Notes: a model not told the origin generated them from the sequence alone. Shown: positions 29,655 to 40,644, numbered from the stretch's first letter. The stretch: DNA of 64,000 nt from an uncultured virus (IMG/VR IMGVR_UViG_3300020531_000001) (IMGVR_UViG_3300020531_000001:1-64000), one strand, 5' to 3'. Made by a program: numbers and translations.

Positions 29655-30389
29655 ATGAGAATAGCAATAAGCGGTGCTTCAAATTCTGGCAAATCAACAT
29701 TAATAAATTCATTTCTTCGAAGATGGCCAATGTATTCAACTCCGATGAAATCTTACAGAGATATTCTAAAAGAACATAATTTAGAGCATTCGACTAAAAC
29801 AAATGAAGAGACTCAATTATTAATATTAGATTCTATGATGAAAGTCCAAGAAGGATTTAAATCTACAGATAATATAATTTTCGATAGATGCACGTGGGAT
29901 AATCTAGCATATACATTAGTTGCTAATTCTTATGAACAAGTTTCCGATGAAGTCACAGCAGCTTCTATTTCTTTTGTAAAAGAAAGCATGAAAGATATAG
30001 ATATCATATTTTGGTTAGAATATGATTCAGATATTAAAGTTTTAGATAATGGCACAAGAGATACTAATACTGATTATATCAAAGAAGTTGATGGTGTTTT
30101 TAAACAATTATATGAACATTATTCTAATGATTTAGAAACTGATATTTTCTATCCAAAAGAAGATTGCCCAGCTATTATTCCAGTAGAAGGAAAAACCGTC
30201 GATGATAGAATTTTTTATATTTCTCAATTTATTGATGATACAGGTAGATTAATCGAGCCTGATAGTTCTTTGTTTAGTGAAGAAAATCTTCAAATATTAG
30301 AACAAATGCTTACTGATCAAACTAAAGCAAAAAATGATGATGCTGAAGTTATAAATTTAATGAAAGAAATTAGCAAATTTAAAAAATAA
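29655..30389 (+). CDS. P-loop nucleotide kinase-like protein (dNMP kinase/AAA_28 type)
   Basis: MRIAISGASNSGKST, IFDRCTWD. Confidence 0.75.
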   Translation: MRIAISGASNSGKSTLINSFLRRWPMYSTPMKSYRDILKEHNLEHSTKTNEETQLLILDSMMKVQEGFKSTDNIIFDRCTWDNLAYTLVANSYEQVSDEVTAASISFVKESMKDIDIIFWLEYDSDIKVLDNGTRDTNTDYIKEVDGVFKQLYEHYSNDLETDIFYPKEDCPAIIPVEGKTVDDRIFYISQFIDDTGRLIEPDSSLFSEENLQILEQMLTDQTKAKNDDAEVINLMKEISKFKK

Positions 30390-31210
30390 TGTTAAATGAT
30401 AAGAAAATAGGGGTTGGTATTATCACTTACAATAGAATTGACAACCTTAGAAAATTACTTGATTCATTAAATCAATGCGAATCAATTATTGATGAATTGA
30501 TAGTTGTAAATGATGGAGAATCTATTAATGATTTTTCAAAATTTCAATTTCCTATTCTAAATAGCAACTGGGTTAATAACCCGCAAAATCTTGGGGTGGG
30601 TAAGTCTAAAAATATAGCTCTTAAACATTTACATGAATCTGGATGCGATCATCTATTTTTAATAGAGGATGATATTTTTATTAAAAATAAAAATGTATTT
30701 GAAAGATATATAGAATCATCCAAGATATCAGGAATACAGCATTTTATGTATTCTCAACACGGCGTTATGAACAAATCATGGCATAGTGGAAATGCAAATC
30801 CTATAATGATAATTGATTATGGAACTTTGAAAATTCCATTATATCCAGCAGCCGTTGGTGCGTTTTCTTATTTTTCCAAACTTTGTATAGAAAAAGCAGG
30901 ATATTTTGATGAAAGATATTATAATGCATGTGAACATGTAGATCATACATATGAAATTATTAAAAAAGGCATGCATCCTCCATTTTGGTATAATGCGGAT
31001 ATTGAAAATTCTTGGGAATATCTAGAAGACGAAGCTTGGAGTATGGAACAATCTACAATTTCATCTAAGCCTAATTTAAATCAAATCGTCTCTAAATCTG
31101 ATGAAATTTTCTTTTTGAAGCATGGAACTGTGCCAACAGCTGTTCCTTTTTCTAGAGAAGAAGAAGTAATACAATCTATTAAAAAAATTAAAAAAGAATA
31201 TGGACAATAA
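30389..31210 (+). CDS. GT2 glycosyltransferase
   Basis: GIITYNR, VVNDG, NLGVG, LIEDD, GYFDE, EHVD. Confidence 0.85.
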   Translation: MLNDKKIGVGIITYNRIDNLRKLLDSLNQCESIIDELIVVNDGESINDFSKFQFPILNSNWVNNPQNLGVGKSKNIALKHLHESGCDHLFLIEDDIFIKNKNVFERYIESSKISGIQHFMYSQHGVMNKSWHSGNANPIMIIDYGTLKIPLYPAAVGAFSYFSKLCIEKAGYFDERYYNACEHVDHTYEIIKKGMHPPFWYNADIENSWEYLEDEAWSMEQSTISSKPNLNQIVSKSDEIFFLKHGTVPTAVPFSREEEVIQSIKKIKKEYGQ

Positions 31211-31763
31211 TATTTGGGAAATAGCTAAAAATAAATATAAAATTCAACAAATCCAAGAGGAATGGTTTTGGTTGATTGACACTGCAATTGTAACACCATA
31301 CAAAGATAAGAAAATCAACATTTTTGAAATCGGTTGTTATGATGGAGGATCGACTTATTATTTGAGTAATTTTGCAAAAAATATGATAACTGTGGATAAT
31401 AATAATCCATGCCGTTTCGATCCTTCAAGTATCCCAGCGAGTGAAAGTTATCAATATTTTGGTGGTGACAGTCACGATCCAAATATAATAAAAAATGTAA
31501 GTAAATTTGATTGGGATTTTGTTTTTATTGATGGCGATCATTCATACGAAGGAGTCAAAGCTGACTTTTATAATGTTTTACCGTACCTTAAAAAAGGAAC
31601 GCCTGTCGCATTTCACGACATTGCCATTTCACATTTTCATCATACACATGGATGCTATGTCGGTGAGTTTTGGAGAGATTTGAAAAATGAATACAAAGCA
31701 ACTAAATTTGAAGAATACCAAACTGATAAAGAATGGGCTGGAATAGGTCTACTTTTCGTATGA
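31200..31763 (+). CDS. class I SAM-dependent methyltransferase (Methyltransf_24-like)
   Basis: FEIGCYDGGST, FIDGDHSYEGV, FHD. Confidence 0.85.
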   Translation: MDNNIWEIAKNKYKIQQIQEEWFWLIDTAIVTPYKDKKINIFEIGCYDGGSTYYLSNFAKNMITVDNNNPCRFDPSSIPASESYQYFGGDSHDPNIIKNVSKFDWDFVFIDGDHSYEGVKADFYNVLPYLKKGTPVAFHDIAISHFHHTHGCYVGEFWRDLKNEYKATKFEEYQTDKEWAGIGLLFV

Positions 31764-31780
31764 AAAGACTAAATATATGA

Positions 31781-32536
31781 ATGGGACAAGGAAGATACTC
31801 AAAATATCCAAACAAGGCGGGGATTTATAAATTCAAATGCATTATCAACGATAAGATTTACATAGGAAAATCTATAAACATTAGGGATAGGATAAACAGT
31901 CATAGATATACACTATCAGAAACAAATAAAAGAAAAAAAGGATATTTTGAAAGTGCTATCAAAAAATATGGATGGGATTCTTTTGAATTTGAAATATTAG
32001 AGATTGTGGAGGATTTTGATAAACATAAAGATAACGATGATCTCTTAAAGAGAGAAGCATATTACATAAAGTTATTTGATTCTACTGATCCAAATAAAGG
32101 GTATAATTTATGTAAGTATTCAAGTGATAGAACTGGGGTTCCGTGTTCGGAAGAATCTAAAGAAAAATTAAGACAGGCTAATTTGGGAAAGAAACACTCA
32201 GAAGAAACCAAACTTAAAATGAAAGAAAGCTCTGCTAAATTAACTAAAGATAAACAAAAAAGACAATCTGGTAGACCTCTTCCAGAGGAAACCAAAAGAA
32301 AATTATCTAAAATTAATAAAGGAAAGACACCATCTAAAAATACTATAGATGCTATTAAAAATAGAGTTCGTAAAAGGTATAAAGTCCAAACTCCCAGCGG
32401 TGATTGTGTTGAAATTGTTAATATGGCTAAGTTTTGCAGAGATGAAAAATTAGGAAGGGATAGTATGGATAGGTTAGTTAGAGGGATTATAACTAACTAT
32501 ATGGGGTGGACATTTATAGAAGCTGTGATAATATAG
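31781..32536 (+). mobile_element. free-standing GIY-YIG homing endonuclease with NUMOD3 repeats
   Basis: GIYKF...IYIGKS, R...H, REAYYI, GYN, HSEETKLKM repeats; own TAAATA box. Confidence 0.88.
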
Positions 32537-32672
32537 GAATTATTAAAGATCCGATGTCAGAAAAACATAAAGAAAAAATTAAACAGTTAAATTTAAGAAA
32601 ACCTAAATCTAGAAAAATTAAAAATGTAAAAATGTAGAAATATTAGCAAATGAATAATATAAAAAATAAAGT

Positions 32673-33416
32673 ATGGACTTAACATTAATAACTTGCAATT
32701 ATAATACGCCGATACAGATAGTAAGACTGTTGCAAAGCGTAAAAGAAACATCGTCACAGTTACCGAAGGTTATTGTGATGAATACATCAACAACCCAAGA
32801 TTCTGATAAAATTTTATCAGATAATGATATACCTTATTATAATTTTAGAGGAGGATCGCATGGTGAATCTGTTAATTTAGCCTTTAAAAAAGTAAAAACT
32901 AAATATGTTCTATTGGTGGATTCTGATGTAATATTTTTAAAAGATTTTCTCCCAGCTTTTGAAAAATTCAAATCTTCAAATTTAACTCTTATGGGTAAAG
33001 TTGTCGGCAATGTCGCTGGTAAAAATCTGTATGAAAGAGTGGAACCTTGGTATTGTTTCATGAATTATGAAATTTTGAAAAATAAAAAAATTGAGTTTTT
33101 CGATAGAGAAAGAGTTAAGAAAAGCAAAGAGGACAATATAAAAGTATATGATATAGGTTCTACAATGTTTGAAGATGTTGAAAAATCTAATCTACTGATT
33201 GGAGATGTAGATTTAGAAAACAAATATTTTAAACATTACGGAGGAATGTCATGGCATTGTCAAAAATATAATTCTTCAGAAGATGATACTGATATTGATT
33301 TTGGTGGAACTCATCCACATGAAATTCTTTGGAATATTGGTCAACAAAGAAAAAATCAATACGATATCGAAACAGAATACTTAAAAGATATAGATATTAA
33401 ATCTTGTTTTAAATGA
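32673..33416 (+). CDS. GT2-like glycosyltransferase
   Basis: LITCNYN, HGE, LLVDSD. Confidence 0.75.
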   Translation: MDLTLITCNYNTPIQIVRLLQSVKETSSQLPKVIVMNTSTTQDSDKILSDNDIPYYNFRGGSHGESVNLAFKKVKTKYVLLVDSDVIFLKDFLPAFEKFKSSNLTLMGKVVGNVAGKNLYERVEPWYCFMNYEILKNKKIEFFDRERVKKSKEDNIKVYDIGSTMFEDVEKSNLLIGDVDLENKYFKHYGGMSWHCQKYNSSEDDTDIDFGGTHPHEILWNIGQQRKNQYDIETEYLKDIDIKSCFK

Positions 33417-34165
33417 ATAAATGTTTTGTAAAAGTTGGAGGTGGGTTAGGAAATCAATTGTTTCAAATAGCCGCCGCTTATTCTTATTGTAAGAAATATA
33501 ATAAAAAATTATATATAGATATATCAGATTGGAGCGCATCTCAAGGAGTTAATCCAATAAAATATAAAGATTCAATATTTAAAAATTTTGAATACCATTT
33601 ATATTCTACTCCAGAAACTACAAAAATTGAAGAAGAAAGTTTAATTTATAAAGAACTTCCATATCATGATGGGGATGTATCGTTTCATGGCTATTTTCAA
33701 TCTGATAAATATTTTATAGAACATAAGGATGAATTTGTAAATTGTTTAAGTTTGCCAAATCTTGATAGTTCCTTTATGCAAGAAAAAAATGTTGCATTTC
33801 ATATAAGAAGAGGAGATTATATTAGTTATTCTCATATATATAATGTGTGTAATACTGATTATTTTAATAAACAATTTGAAGCATTTAAAGATTATCAAAT
33901 AAATGTTTTTACTGATTCTCCCGACTTTATATGTAATGAATTTAAAAATCAAAAATTCAATTTAATAATATCACATTCGGAATTAGAAGACTTGACTTTA
34001 ATGAGTTTGCATACAAATATAGTATGCAGTAATTCATCATTTTCTTGGTGGGCATCTTTGCTAGGCAAAGAAAAAGATAACATAATTGTTCCAAATAGAT
34101 GGTTCAATAATTCAGAAAATCATTATGACATATACAGATCAGACTTTACAAAAATCGAAGTATAA
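33413..34165 (+). CDS. GT11 (alpha-1,2-fucosyltransferase family) glycosyltransferase
   Basis: GGLGNQLFQ, GYFQS, HIRRGDY, FTD, NSSFSWW. Confidence 0.9.
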   Translation: MNKCFVKVGGGLGNQLFQIAAAYSYCKKYNKKLYIDISDWSASQGVNPIKYKDSIFKNFEYHLYSTPETTKIEEESLIYKELPYHDGDVSFHGYFQSDKYFIEHKDEFVNCLSLPNLDSSFMQEKNVAFHIRRGDYISYSHIYNVCNTDYFNKQFEAFKDYQINVFTDSPDFICNEFKNQKFNLIISHSELEDLTLMSLHTNIVCSNSSFSWWASLLGKEKDNIIVPNRWFNNSENHYDIYRSDFTKIEV

Positions 34166-34910
34166 TTTAACTGAAACATCATTCATAATACATTTTAGAA
34201 GAGATTCCGATGATAGAATTTTCAATCTTAAATGTATTTTAAATTATTTTGATACTTATATTGATTATAAAGAATTATTCATAATTAATGATGATTCTGA
34301 ACTTGATAATGAATTAAAAAATCTTAAAGAAAAATATCCAAAAATATCTATAGGTTTTTTTAAAAATGATGATGTTTATCAAAGAACTTTATGTTTCAAT
34401 AAAATTGCAAAAATAGCAAACGGTAAAGTGTTGTGTTTTTATGATACTGATGTTTTGGTAAAGCCAGAATGTTTACAACATGCTCAAAAATTAATTATAA
34501 CTGGAGAGTTGGATCATGTTTATCCATACAACGGATTATTTGTAGGTGTTAAAAAACCACATAGAGATTTATTAGTAAATTTTGAATTTAATAAATTAGA
34601 ATCATTATTATTAGAACGTCATATAGGTTATGACAATGAATATATGGCAGTTGGACACGATCACTCCGTTGGAGGGATGCACATGATGTCTAAAGAAGCA
34701 TTTAATAAAATTGAAGGATACAACGTTAATTTTATCGGTTGGGGATGTGAAGATGTTGATATTTATACTAGATCAGGCCAGAAAAATAAAGTAGCTGGTA
34801 TCAGTTCCCCTGATGCGATATGTTGGCATATTGATCATGATAATACTATAAGAACTGAGAATAAATACTATCAAAATAATTTAAATTTATTATACAGAAA
34901 TAATAAATGA
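34125..34910 (+). CDS. GT2/GT7-like glycosyltransferase
   Basis: FYDTD, VGG, GYN..FIGWGCED, WHIDH; likely start ATG 34125. Confidence 0.8.
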   Translation: MTYTDQTLQKSKYNLTETSFIIHFRRDSDDRIFNLKCILNYFDTYIDYKELFIINDDSELDNELKNLKEKYPKISIGFFKNDDVYQRTLCFNKIAKIANGKVLCFYDTDVLVKPECLQHAQKLIITGELDHVYPYNGLFVGVKKPHRDLLVNFEFNKLESLLLERHIGYDNEYMAVGHDHSVGGMHMMSKEAFNKIEGYNVNFIGWGCEDVDIYTRSGQKNKVAGISSPDAICWHIDHDNTIRTENKYYQNNLNLLYRNNK

Positions 34911-35623
34911 ATTTAAAAAAACGACCCAAATTATCAGTTGCCATTCCATGTTATGAAATGAGTGGTAAGGGTGTTGAATTTTTAGAAAAATCTTTAAACA
35001 TTATTAAAAATCAAAATGTAGATTTTTCTGAAATTGAAATTGTAATATCTGATCATTCTATAAATGATGATATAAAAAAATGCTGCGATAAGTATAACAA
35101 TATAAATTTAAAATATTATAAAAATGAAGAATGCAGAGGTTCAATGTCTGGAAATATTAATAGTTGTATTAGACAGAGTTCTGGGGAATATATAAAACCA
35201 TTATTTCAAGATGATTTTTTAAATTCTTCAAATTCTCTAAAAGCTATTTTGGATAATTTGAATTCCCCATGGATAGCTCATGAATATACTCATTTAGATC
35301 TTTCGACAGATTCATTTTATAATCAAAGAACTCCTTTCTATAATGATAGAATTTTAGAAGGAATTAACACAATTGGACCTCCAACAGTGACAGCTTTTTT
35401 GAATGATAATAATTATTTCGATGAAAATTTATTATGGTTTATGGATATAGAATTTTATCACAGAATGATGATAAAATATGGTCATCCTACAATTTTAAAA
35501 TGTAATGACCCTATAGCTACAGTTACAACATGGAGTGGACAAACTACAGAAACATCAATCAATCAAGTTTTAATTGACAAAGAAACCAATTATATTAAAT
35601 TAAAATATAATGAAAATATCTGA
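34907..35623 (+). CDS. GT2 glycosyltransferase
   Basis: SVAIPCY, VISDHS, LFQDD, FDE.L.WFMD. Confidence 0.85.
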   Translation: MNLKKRPKLSVAIPCYEMSGKGVEFLEKSLNIIKNQNVDFSEIEIVISDHSINDDIKKCCDKYNNINLKYYKNEECRGSMSGNINSCIRQSSGEYIKPLFQDDFLNSSNSLKAILDNLNSPWIAHEYTHLDLSTDSFYNQRTPFYNDRILEGINTIGPPTVTAFLNDNNYFDENLLWFMDIEFYHRMMIKYGHPTILKCNDPIATVTTWSGQTTETSINQVLIDKETNYIKLKYNENI

Positions 35624-36185
35624 GTTATTTTTAAAATATCAAAGTGATAAAAATGAAGGATCTTTATATCCTTCAGATCATCTTAGGGGTCACACATATG
35701 GAAAATCATATGATAAAATATTTGAAAAATTTGATAGAAAATCAAATTTCAATATATTAGAAATTGGAATTCAAAAGGGTGGTAGTATGCTGGCATGGAA
35801 AGATTACTTTGAAAATTCTAACATTTATGGTGTAGATATAGTAGATTGTATTTTACCAGAATATAGACGAGAGGATTTTAATTATATATTTGATGATATT
35901 AAATCTGATAATGTTACAAAAATTTTAAGTAATTTAACTTTTGATATTATTATAGATGATGGAAGTCATTTTTTGAGTGATGTTCTATTTACAGTTTCCA
36001 ATTATCTATCAAAACTTAACGATGGCGGTGTTTTAATTATAGAAGATTGTCAGCACCCAGAGGGATGGATAGAAGAAATAGGAAAGTTGGTTGATGATAA
36101 TTATAGAATAATTACAGCTGATTTGAGATATGATAGAGGTCAACCTCAATACGATAATTTTCTAATTATTATAGAAAAACAATAA
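35610..36185 (+). CDS. class I SAM-dependent (sugar O-)methyltransferase
   Basis: LEIGIQKGGS, GVDI, DIIIDDGSH, GGVLIIED. Confidence 0.85.
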   Translation: MKISELFLKYQSDKNEGSLYPSDHLRGHTYGKSYDKIFEKFDRKSNFNILEIGIQKGGSMLAWKDYFENSNIYGVDIVDCILPEYRREDFNYIFDDIKSDNVTKILSNLTFDIIIDDGSHFLSDVLFTVSNYLSKLNDGGVLIIEDCQHPEGWIEEIGKLVDDNYRIITADLRYDRGQPQYDNFLIIIEKQ

Positions 36186-36205
36186 AATTTATAATTTTAA
36201 TTTAA

Positions 36206-37117
36206 ATGATAACAACCAATTTAACTGGTAATTTAGGAAATCACATGTGGCAATACGCTGTATGTAGAATGATAGCCGAACATAAAGGTTATGATTGGGG
36301 TATAAATTCAACACCAAGCCATGATTATTTTAATGGTAAAAGCCAAATGGAATTCATGGAGATTGATTATGGAAAACCTGTTGATGGTATAATTAATTCA
36401 TTTCATGAAAGATGGATTCATATACAACATGTGGATATAGTTAACATCGCGATGTTGGACAAAAGAATCTATGATATTGAAGATAACACGGTACTATTAG
36501 GAGAAAATGGTGCATATGGTGGATTGTTTCAATGTGAAGATTATCTAATAGATAGAAAGTCTGATGTTGAAAAATGGTTTTCTATAAAACCAGAATATAA
36601 AAATCAATACGATAATAAATTAAAAGAATTAGGTATTGAATTGGATGAAAATTTATGCGTTATTAATTTCAGAGGGGGGGAATATAGAGGAATTTCCACG
36701 TGCTTGTTGAGAAAAGAATATTGGAAAGATGCTACCAATCATATGTTAGCAATCAATCCATTTATGGTTTTTTTAGCAATAACTGATGATCCTGAGCTGT
36801 GTAAAGAATATATGCCGTTTGATATTCAAACGTTGCATATTGATGCAGGTTTTGATTTTTATGTAGTTAATCAAGCTCATTGGTTGATAATTTCAAATTC
36901 ATCATTTGGATGGTGGGCTGCTTGGTTAAACAAAAAATCCAAAAAAACTATAGCTCCTAAATATTGGGCTAGACATAATGTCAGCAATGGGTATTGGGCT
37001 CTTGGTAATTCGTATACAAGAGGATTTACTTTTATGGATAGAGAAGGTAAATTATTCAATTATGATGATTGTTTAATTGAAGCAACTGAATTTTATAAAA
37101 ACCATAATATCATATAA
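36206..37117 (+). CDS. GT11-family glycosyltransferase (second copy)
   Basis: GNLGNHMWQ, NFRGGEY, ITDD, NSSFGWWAAWL. Confidence 0.85.
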   Translation: MITTNLTGNLGNHMWQYAVCRMIAEHKGYDWGINSTPSHDYFNGKSQMEFMEIDYGKPVDGIINSFHERWIHIQHVDIVNIAMLDKRIYDIEDNTVLLGENGAYGGLFQCEDYLIDRKSDVEKWFSIKPEYKNQYDNKLKELGIELDENLCVINFRGGEYRGISTCLLRKEYWKDATNHMLAINPFMVFLAITDDPELCKEYMPFDIQTLHIDAGFDFYVVNQAHWLIISNSSFGWWAAWLNKKSKKTIAPKYWARHNVSNGYWALGNSYTRGFTFMDREGKLFNYDDCLIEATEFYKNHNII

Positions 37118-37119
37118 AT

Positions 37120-37983
37120 ATGAGAAAAATTTACGACTGTTTTATTTTTTTTAATGAATTGGATTTACTTGAATTAAGATTAAATGTTTTAGATTCTTAT
37201 GTTGATTATTTTGTTATTTGTGAAGCTTCCGTAACACACAGCGGAATTAATAAAGAATATATTTTTGAAAATAATAAACATAGATTTTCAAAATTCTTAC
37301 ATAAGATTATTCATTTGAAAATTGATGATATTCCTACAAATTTTTCCAATCTTCCAATTTCATCAAACGTAAATACATTCGATGAGGAATGCGTTAATGA
37401 TATTCATTCATTTATAAATGAAACAACTCTGTTTAATAAAATAACAGAAAGTCATTTTGGTAGAGATTTTTTTCAAAAAGAATCTCTCAGAAGAGGTTTA
37501 GAGAATTGTGAAGATGATGATATTGTAATATTATCTGATTGTGATGAAATTCCAAATCCTAAAGTTTTAGAAAAAGTCGATAAGTTTATCAAAGATTATG
37601 AATTTTTTACATTTAATCAAAAGACTTATTATTATTATATAAATCTATTGAAAGAAACTTCATGGAAAGGTTCTAGAATGGGGTTATATAAAAACTTAAA
37701 AAAATATTCATTCAATAAATTAAGAGCGCAACAAAATTGCGAAATTTCTGAAGGTGGGTGGCATTTTAGTTTCATGGGAGGTTCTGAACAAGTTAAATTG
37801 AAAATTAAATCGTATTCACATCAAGAATTGAATACTTCAGAATATATAAATAATGTTGATAAAAACATAGAAAATAATATAGATCCATTTTTTAGAGGAT
37901 CTTTGACGAAAGTTGATATTGATTCATCTTATCCAGAATATATTTTAAATAATTTGCAAAAATATCAACACATGATAAAATAA
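37120..37983 (+). CDS. GT17-family (MGAT3-like GlcNAc transferase) glycosyltransferase
   Basis: YDCFIFFNELDLLELR, SDCDEIP, GGWHFSF, KIKSYSHQE. Confidence 0.85.
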   Translation: MRKIYDCFIFFNELDLLELRLNVLDSYVDYFVICEASVTHSGINKEYIFENNKHRFSKFLHKIIHLKIDDIPTNFSNLPISSNVNTFDEECVNDIHSFINETTLFNKITESHFGRDFFQKESLRRGLENCEDDDIVILSDCDEIPNPKVLEKVDKFIKDYEFFTFNQKTYYYYINLLKETSWKGSRMGLYKNLKKYSFNKLRAQQNCEISEGGWHFSFMGGSEQVKLKIKSYSHQELNTSEYINNVDKNIENNIDPFFRGSLTKVDIDSSYPEYILNNLQKYQHMIK

Positions 37984-37987
37984 ATTT

Positions 37988-38632
37988 ATGTTAGATTTAT
38001 CAAATGTAACGCTTATAGCGATGACATCTGTGAAAATACCTCAAACTATAAAAGCATTGCAATATAGTTCTAGAGATATAAAATTTGGAGCTATAAAAAT
38101 TATTTCAGATATTAAACCAGATGATCTTCCTAGTGATATTATCCATGAATATACTGAGAAAATGTCTAATATAGATGATTGGAATTATTCAATTATCTAT
38201 AAACTTGGGAAGCATATAGATACCGAATTTGCTATACTTATTCATGATGATGGTTTTATTATAAATCCTAAATCTTGGAGACCAGAGTTTTTTGAATATG
38301 ATTATATTGGAGCGCCTTGGCCGTTGCCGATGGATGATTTTTCTTATAGAGATATAAATGGTGAAATTATAAGAGTTGGTAATAGTGTATCATTACGAAG
38401 TAAAAAATTAATAGATTTACCTGTAAAATTAAATTTAGAATGGAAACCATTTCATGGCTATTATAATGAAGACGGTTTTATTTGTGTAAATTATAGACAT
38501 ATATATAAAGAACACGGTATTAAATTTGCAGATATAGATGTTGCTAAATATTTTTCACACGAAACCCAATTACCAGAAACTTTTGGAATCGAACCATTCG
38601 CCTTTCATGGAAAGAAAGGATTATTTGATTAA
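37988..38632 (+). CDS. glycosyltransferase-like protein (DUF5672 type)
   Basis: IHDDGF, YDYIGAPW, VGN.SLRSKKL, NEDGF, FAFHG. Confidence 0.7.
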   Translation: MLDLSNVTLIAMTSVKIPQTIKALQYSSRDIKFGAIKIISDIKPDDLPSDIIHEYTEKMSNIDDWNYSIIYKLGKHIDTEFAILIHDDGFIINPKSWRPEFFEYDYIGAPWPLPMDDFSYRDINGEIIRVGNSVSLRSKKLIDLPVKLNLEWKPFHGYYNEDGFICVNYRHIYKEHGIKFADIDVAKYFSHETQLPETFGIEPFAFHGKKGLFD

Positions 38633-38633
38633 T

Positions 38634-39311
38634 ATGAAAAAGGAAATAGTGATAGCCGCATATGATAAAGATTTACATTGGTTAAGTAGATTAAATTCCG
38701 ATGTGAAGAAAACTATATATCGAAAAGGAAACAGAAGTGAGGATATAAATGAAATTTATATAGAGAATAATAAAGGAAGATGTGTGCATACATTCTTTAA
38801 TCATATTTTTGAAAATTATAATAATCTTTCTGATGTAACATATTTTGCACAAGATTATCCTTTCGATCACTGGGAAAATATAATAGAAATTATAAATGAT
38901 ATTCCAACTATACAAAAAGAACAATTAAAAATAGGAGGTTATTGCGGATATCATTGGAATAGTATACAGACACCATCATCAAGTGGTGGTATTATGTGGG
39001 AATTATATCCATCCATTCATCATGGAAATGGTAATATACTTTCATGTGATAGCAAAGGACATCCTCATGCATCTGCTGATTTTCATATTGATGCTGATAA
39101 ATATTGGAATTTATTTTTTAATAACAAACCTCCTAACTTTTATGAATTCATTCCTGGGGGTCACTTTTCAATAACAAAAGAACACGCTCATTTAAGAACT
39201 AGAGATTTTTATAAAAAAGTTGTAGATTTTTTAATAGATTATGAATTTGCACCCTGGATTGTTGAAAGATTAGAGTGTTATATTTTCAATCCAAAATATT
39301 CAACTATTTAA
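38634..39311 (+). CDS. glycosyltransferase-like protein (DUF3431 type)
   Basis: VIAAY..D..W, NKGR..HTF..HI..NY, FAQDYPFDH, ERL; likely start ATG 38634. Confidence 0.65.
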   Translation: MKKEIVIAAYDKDLHWLSRLNSDVKKTIYRKGNRSEDINEIYIENNKGRCVHTFFNHIFENYNNLSDVTYFAQDYPFDHWENIIEIINDIPTIQKEQLKIGGYCGYHWNSIQTPSSSGGIMWELYPSIHHGNGNILSCDSKGHPHASADFHIDADKYWNLFFNNKPPNFYEFIPGGHFSITKEHAHLRTRDFYKKVVDFLIDYEFAPWIVERLECYIFNPKYSTI

Positions 39312-39316
39312 ATGAT

Positions 39317-39344
39317 TTGACATTTCAAAAAAATTTGGTAGATT
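39317..39344 (+). promoter_or_regulatory. sigma70-type promoter TTGACA-N16-TAGATT
   Basis: 7 nt before ATG 39352. Confidence 0.6.
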
Positions 39345-39351
39345 TTAGAAT

Positions 39352-40641
39352 ATGATTTTAAAAGAAGATATTAAAACATTGGTAGGTAATCACGTTTCAC
39401 CTTATATCTACAATGCAAAGGAATTTAAAGCTGGTAAAACACCGATATATTATTCTGGTCCATATTGGGACAATCAAGAGACAGAAGCTGCTCTAGATTC
39501 ATTTTTAAATGGTAAATGGATCACTGCTGGTGAAAAAGTTCATAAATTTGAAAGTCAGTTTTCCAAGAGGTTCAATACCAAATATGGTCATATGGTAAAT
39601 TCTGGAAGTTCGGCCAATTTAATTTTAATTTCTGGTTTAAAGAGAAGATTTAATTGGCAAGATGGTGATGAAATCATTGTATCACCTGTTGGATTTGCAA
39701 CTACAATTTCTGTAATTTATCAAACCAGACTAACCCCAGTTTTTGTAGATATCGAATGGGACACTTTGAACTTTGATATTGACCAAATTGAATCTAAAAT
39801 AACAAACAAGACGAAGGCTATTTTTATATCTCCAGTTTTAGGAAATCCTCCAGATATGGATAGATTGATTGAAATTAGCGAAAAGCATGGAATTCAACTT
39901 GTAGGGGATAACTGCGATAGTCTTGGAAGCAAGTGGGATGGAAAATATCTAAATGAATATTATGTAGCTTATTCAAATTCTTTTTATCCAGCCCATCATA
40001 TTTCAACAGGTGAAGGCGGTATGGTATGCACTGATGATGTCGATCTTAAAAAGCTTTTCGTTAGTTTAAGCTGGTGGGGTCGTGATTGTTATTGTGTAGG
40101 ATCTGCCAATCTTCTACCATGCGGTACTTGTGGAAATAGATTCGATAACTGGCTTGAGAATTTTGATGGTGTGATTGATCATAAATACGTATTTTCTGAA
40201 ATGGGATACAATTTAAAACCATTGGATATGCAAGGTGCTATCGGGTTGGTTCAGCTTGAAAAATTAGATGAAATTGAAAATAATAGAAGAATTTCTAGAG
40301 ATACAATTTCTAAAATTTTCTGTAACAATATTCCGAATGTTAAAATTCCTAAAACCTTAGATAAGGCAGATCCTTGCTGGTTTGGAACTCCGTTCATTTG
40401 TGAAGAAAGTGGATTAAAACCCGAATTAGTCAAATACTTAGAGGATAATAAAATACAGACTAGAAACTATTTTGCTGGTAATATTTTGTTACATCCAGGA
40501 TACAAACACTTGGATGATTATAAAAAATATCCAGAAGCGAATAAAGTTTTAGATAAAGTATTTTTCATTGGTGCTGCTCCTCATTATACAACTCCAGTGT
40601 TTGAATATATTGAAGATGTAATTTCAAAATTTAGAAAATAA
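39352..40641 (+). CDS. rfbH: NDP-4-keto-6-deoxyhexose 3-dehydrase (RfbH/DdhC type, DegT/DnrJ fold)
   Basis: VNSGSSANL, DNCDSLG, SFYPAHHI (His in place of the Schiff-base Lys), GRDCYC...CGTC, GYNLKP, TR.YFAGN. Confidence 0.85.
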   Translation: MILKEDIKTLVGNHVSPYIYNAKEFKAGKTPIYYSGPYWDNQETEAALDSFLNGKWITAGEKVHKFESQFSKRFNTKYGHMVNSGSSANLILISGLKRRFNWQDGDEIIVSPVGFATTISVIYQTRLTPVFVDIEWDTLNFDIDQIESKITNKTKAIFISPVLGNPPDMDRLIEISEKHGIQLVGDNCDSLGSKWDGKYLNEYYVAYSNSFYPAHHISTGEGGMVCTDDVDLKKLFVSLSWWGRDCYCVGSANLLPCGTCGNRFDNWLENFDGVIDHKYVFSEMGYNLKPLDMQGAIGLVQLEKLDEIENNRRISRDTISKIFCNNIPNVKIPKTLDKADPCWFGTPFICEESGLKPELVKYLEDNKIQTRNYFAGNILLHPGYKHLDDYKKYPEANKVLDKVFFIGAAPHYTTPVFEYIEDVISKFRK

Positions 40642-40644
40642 TTT

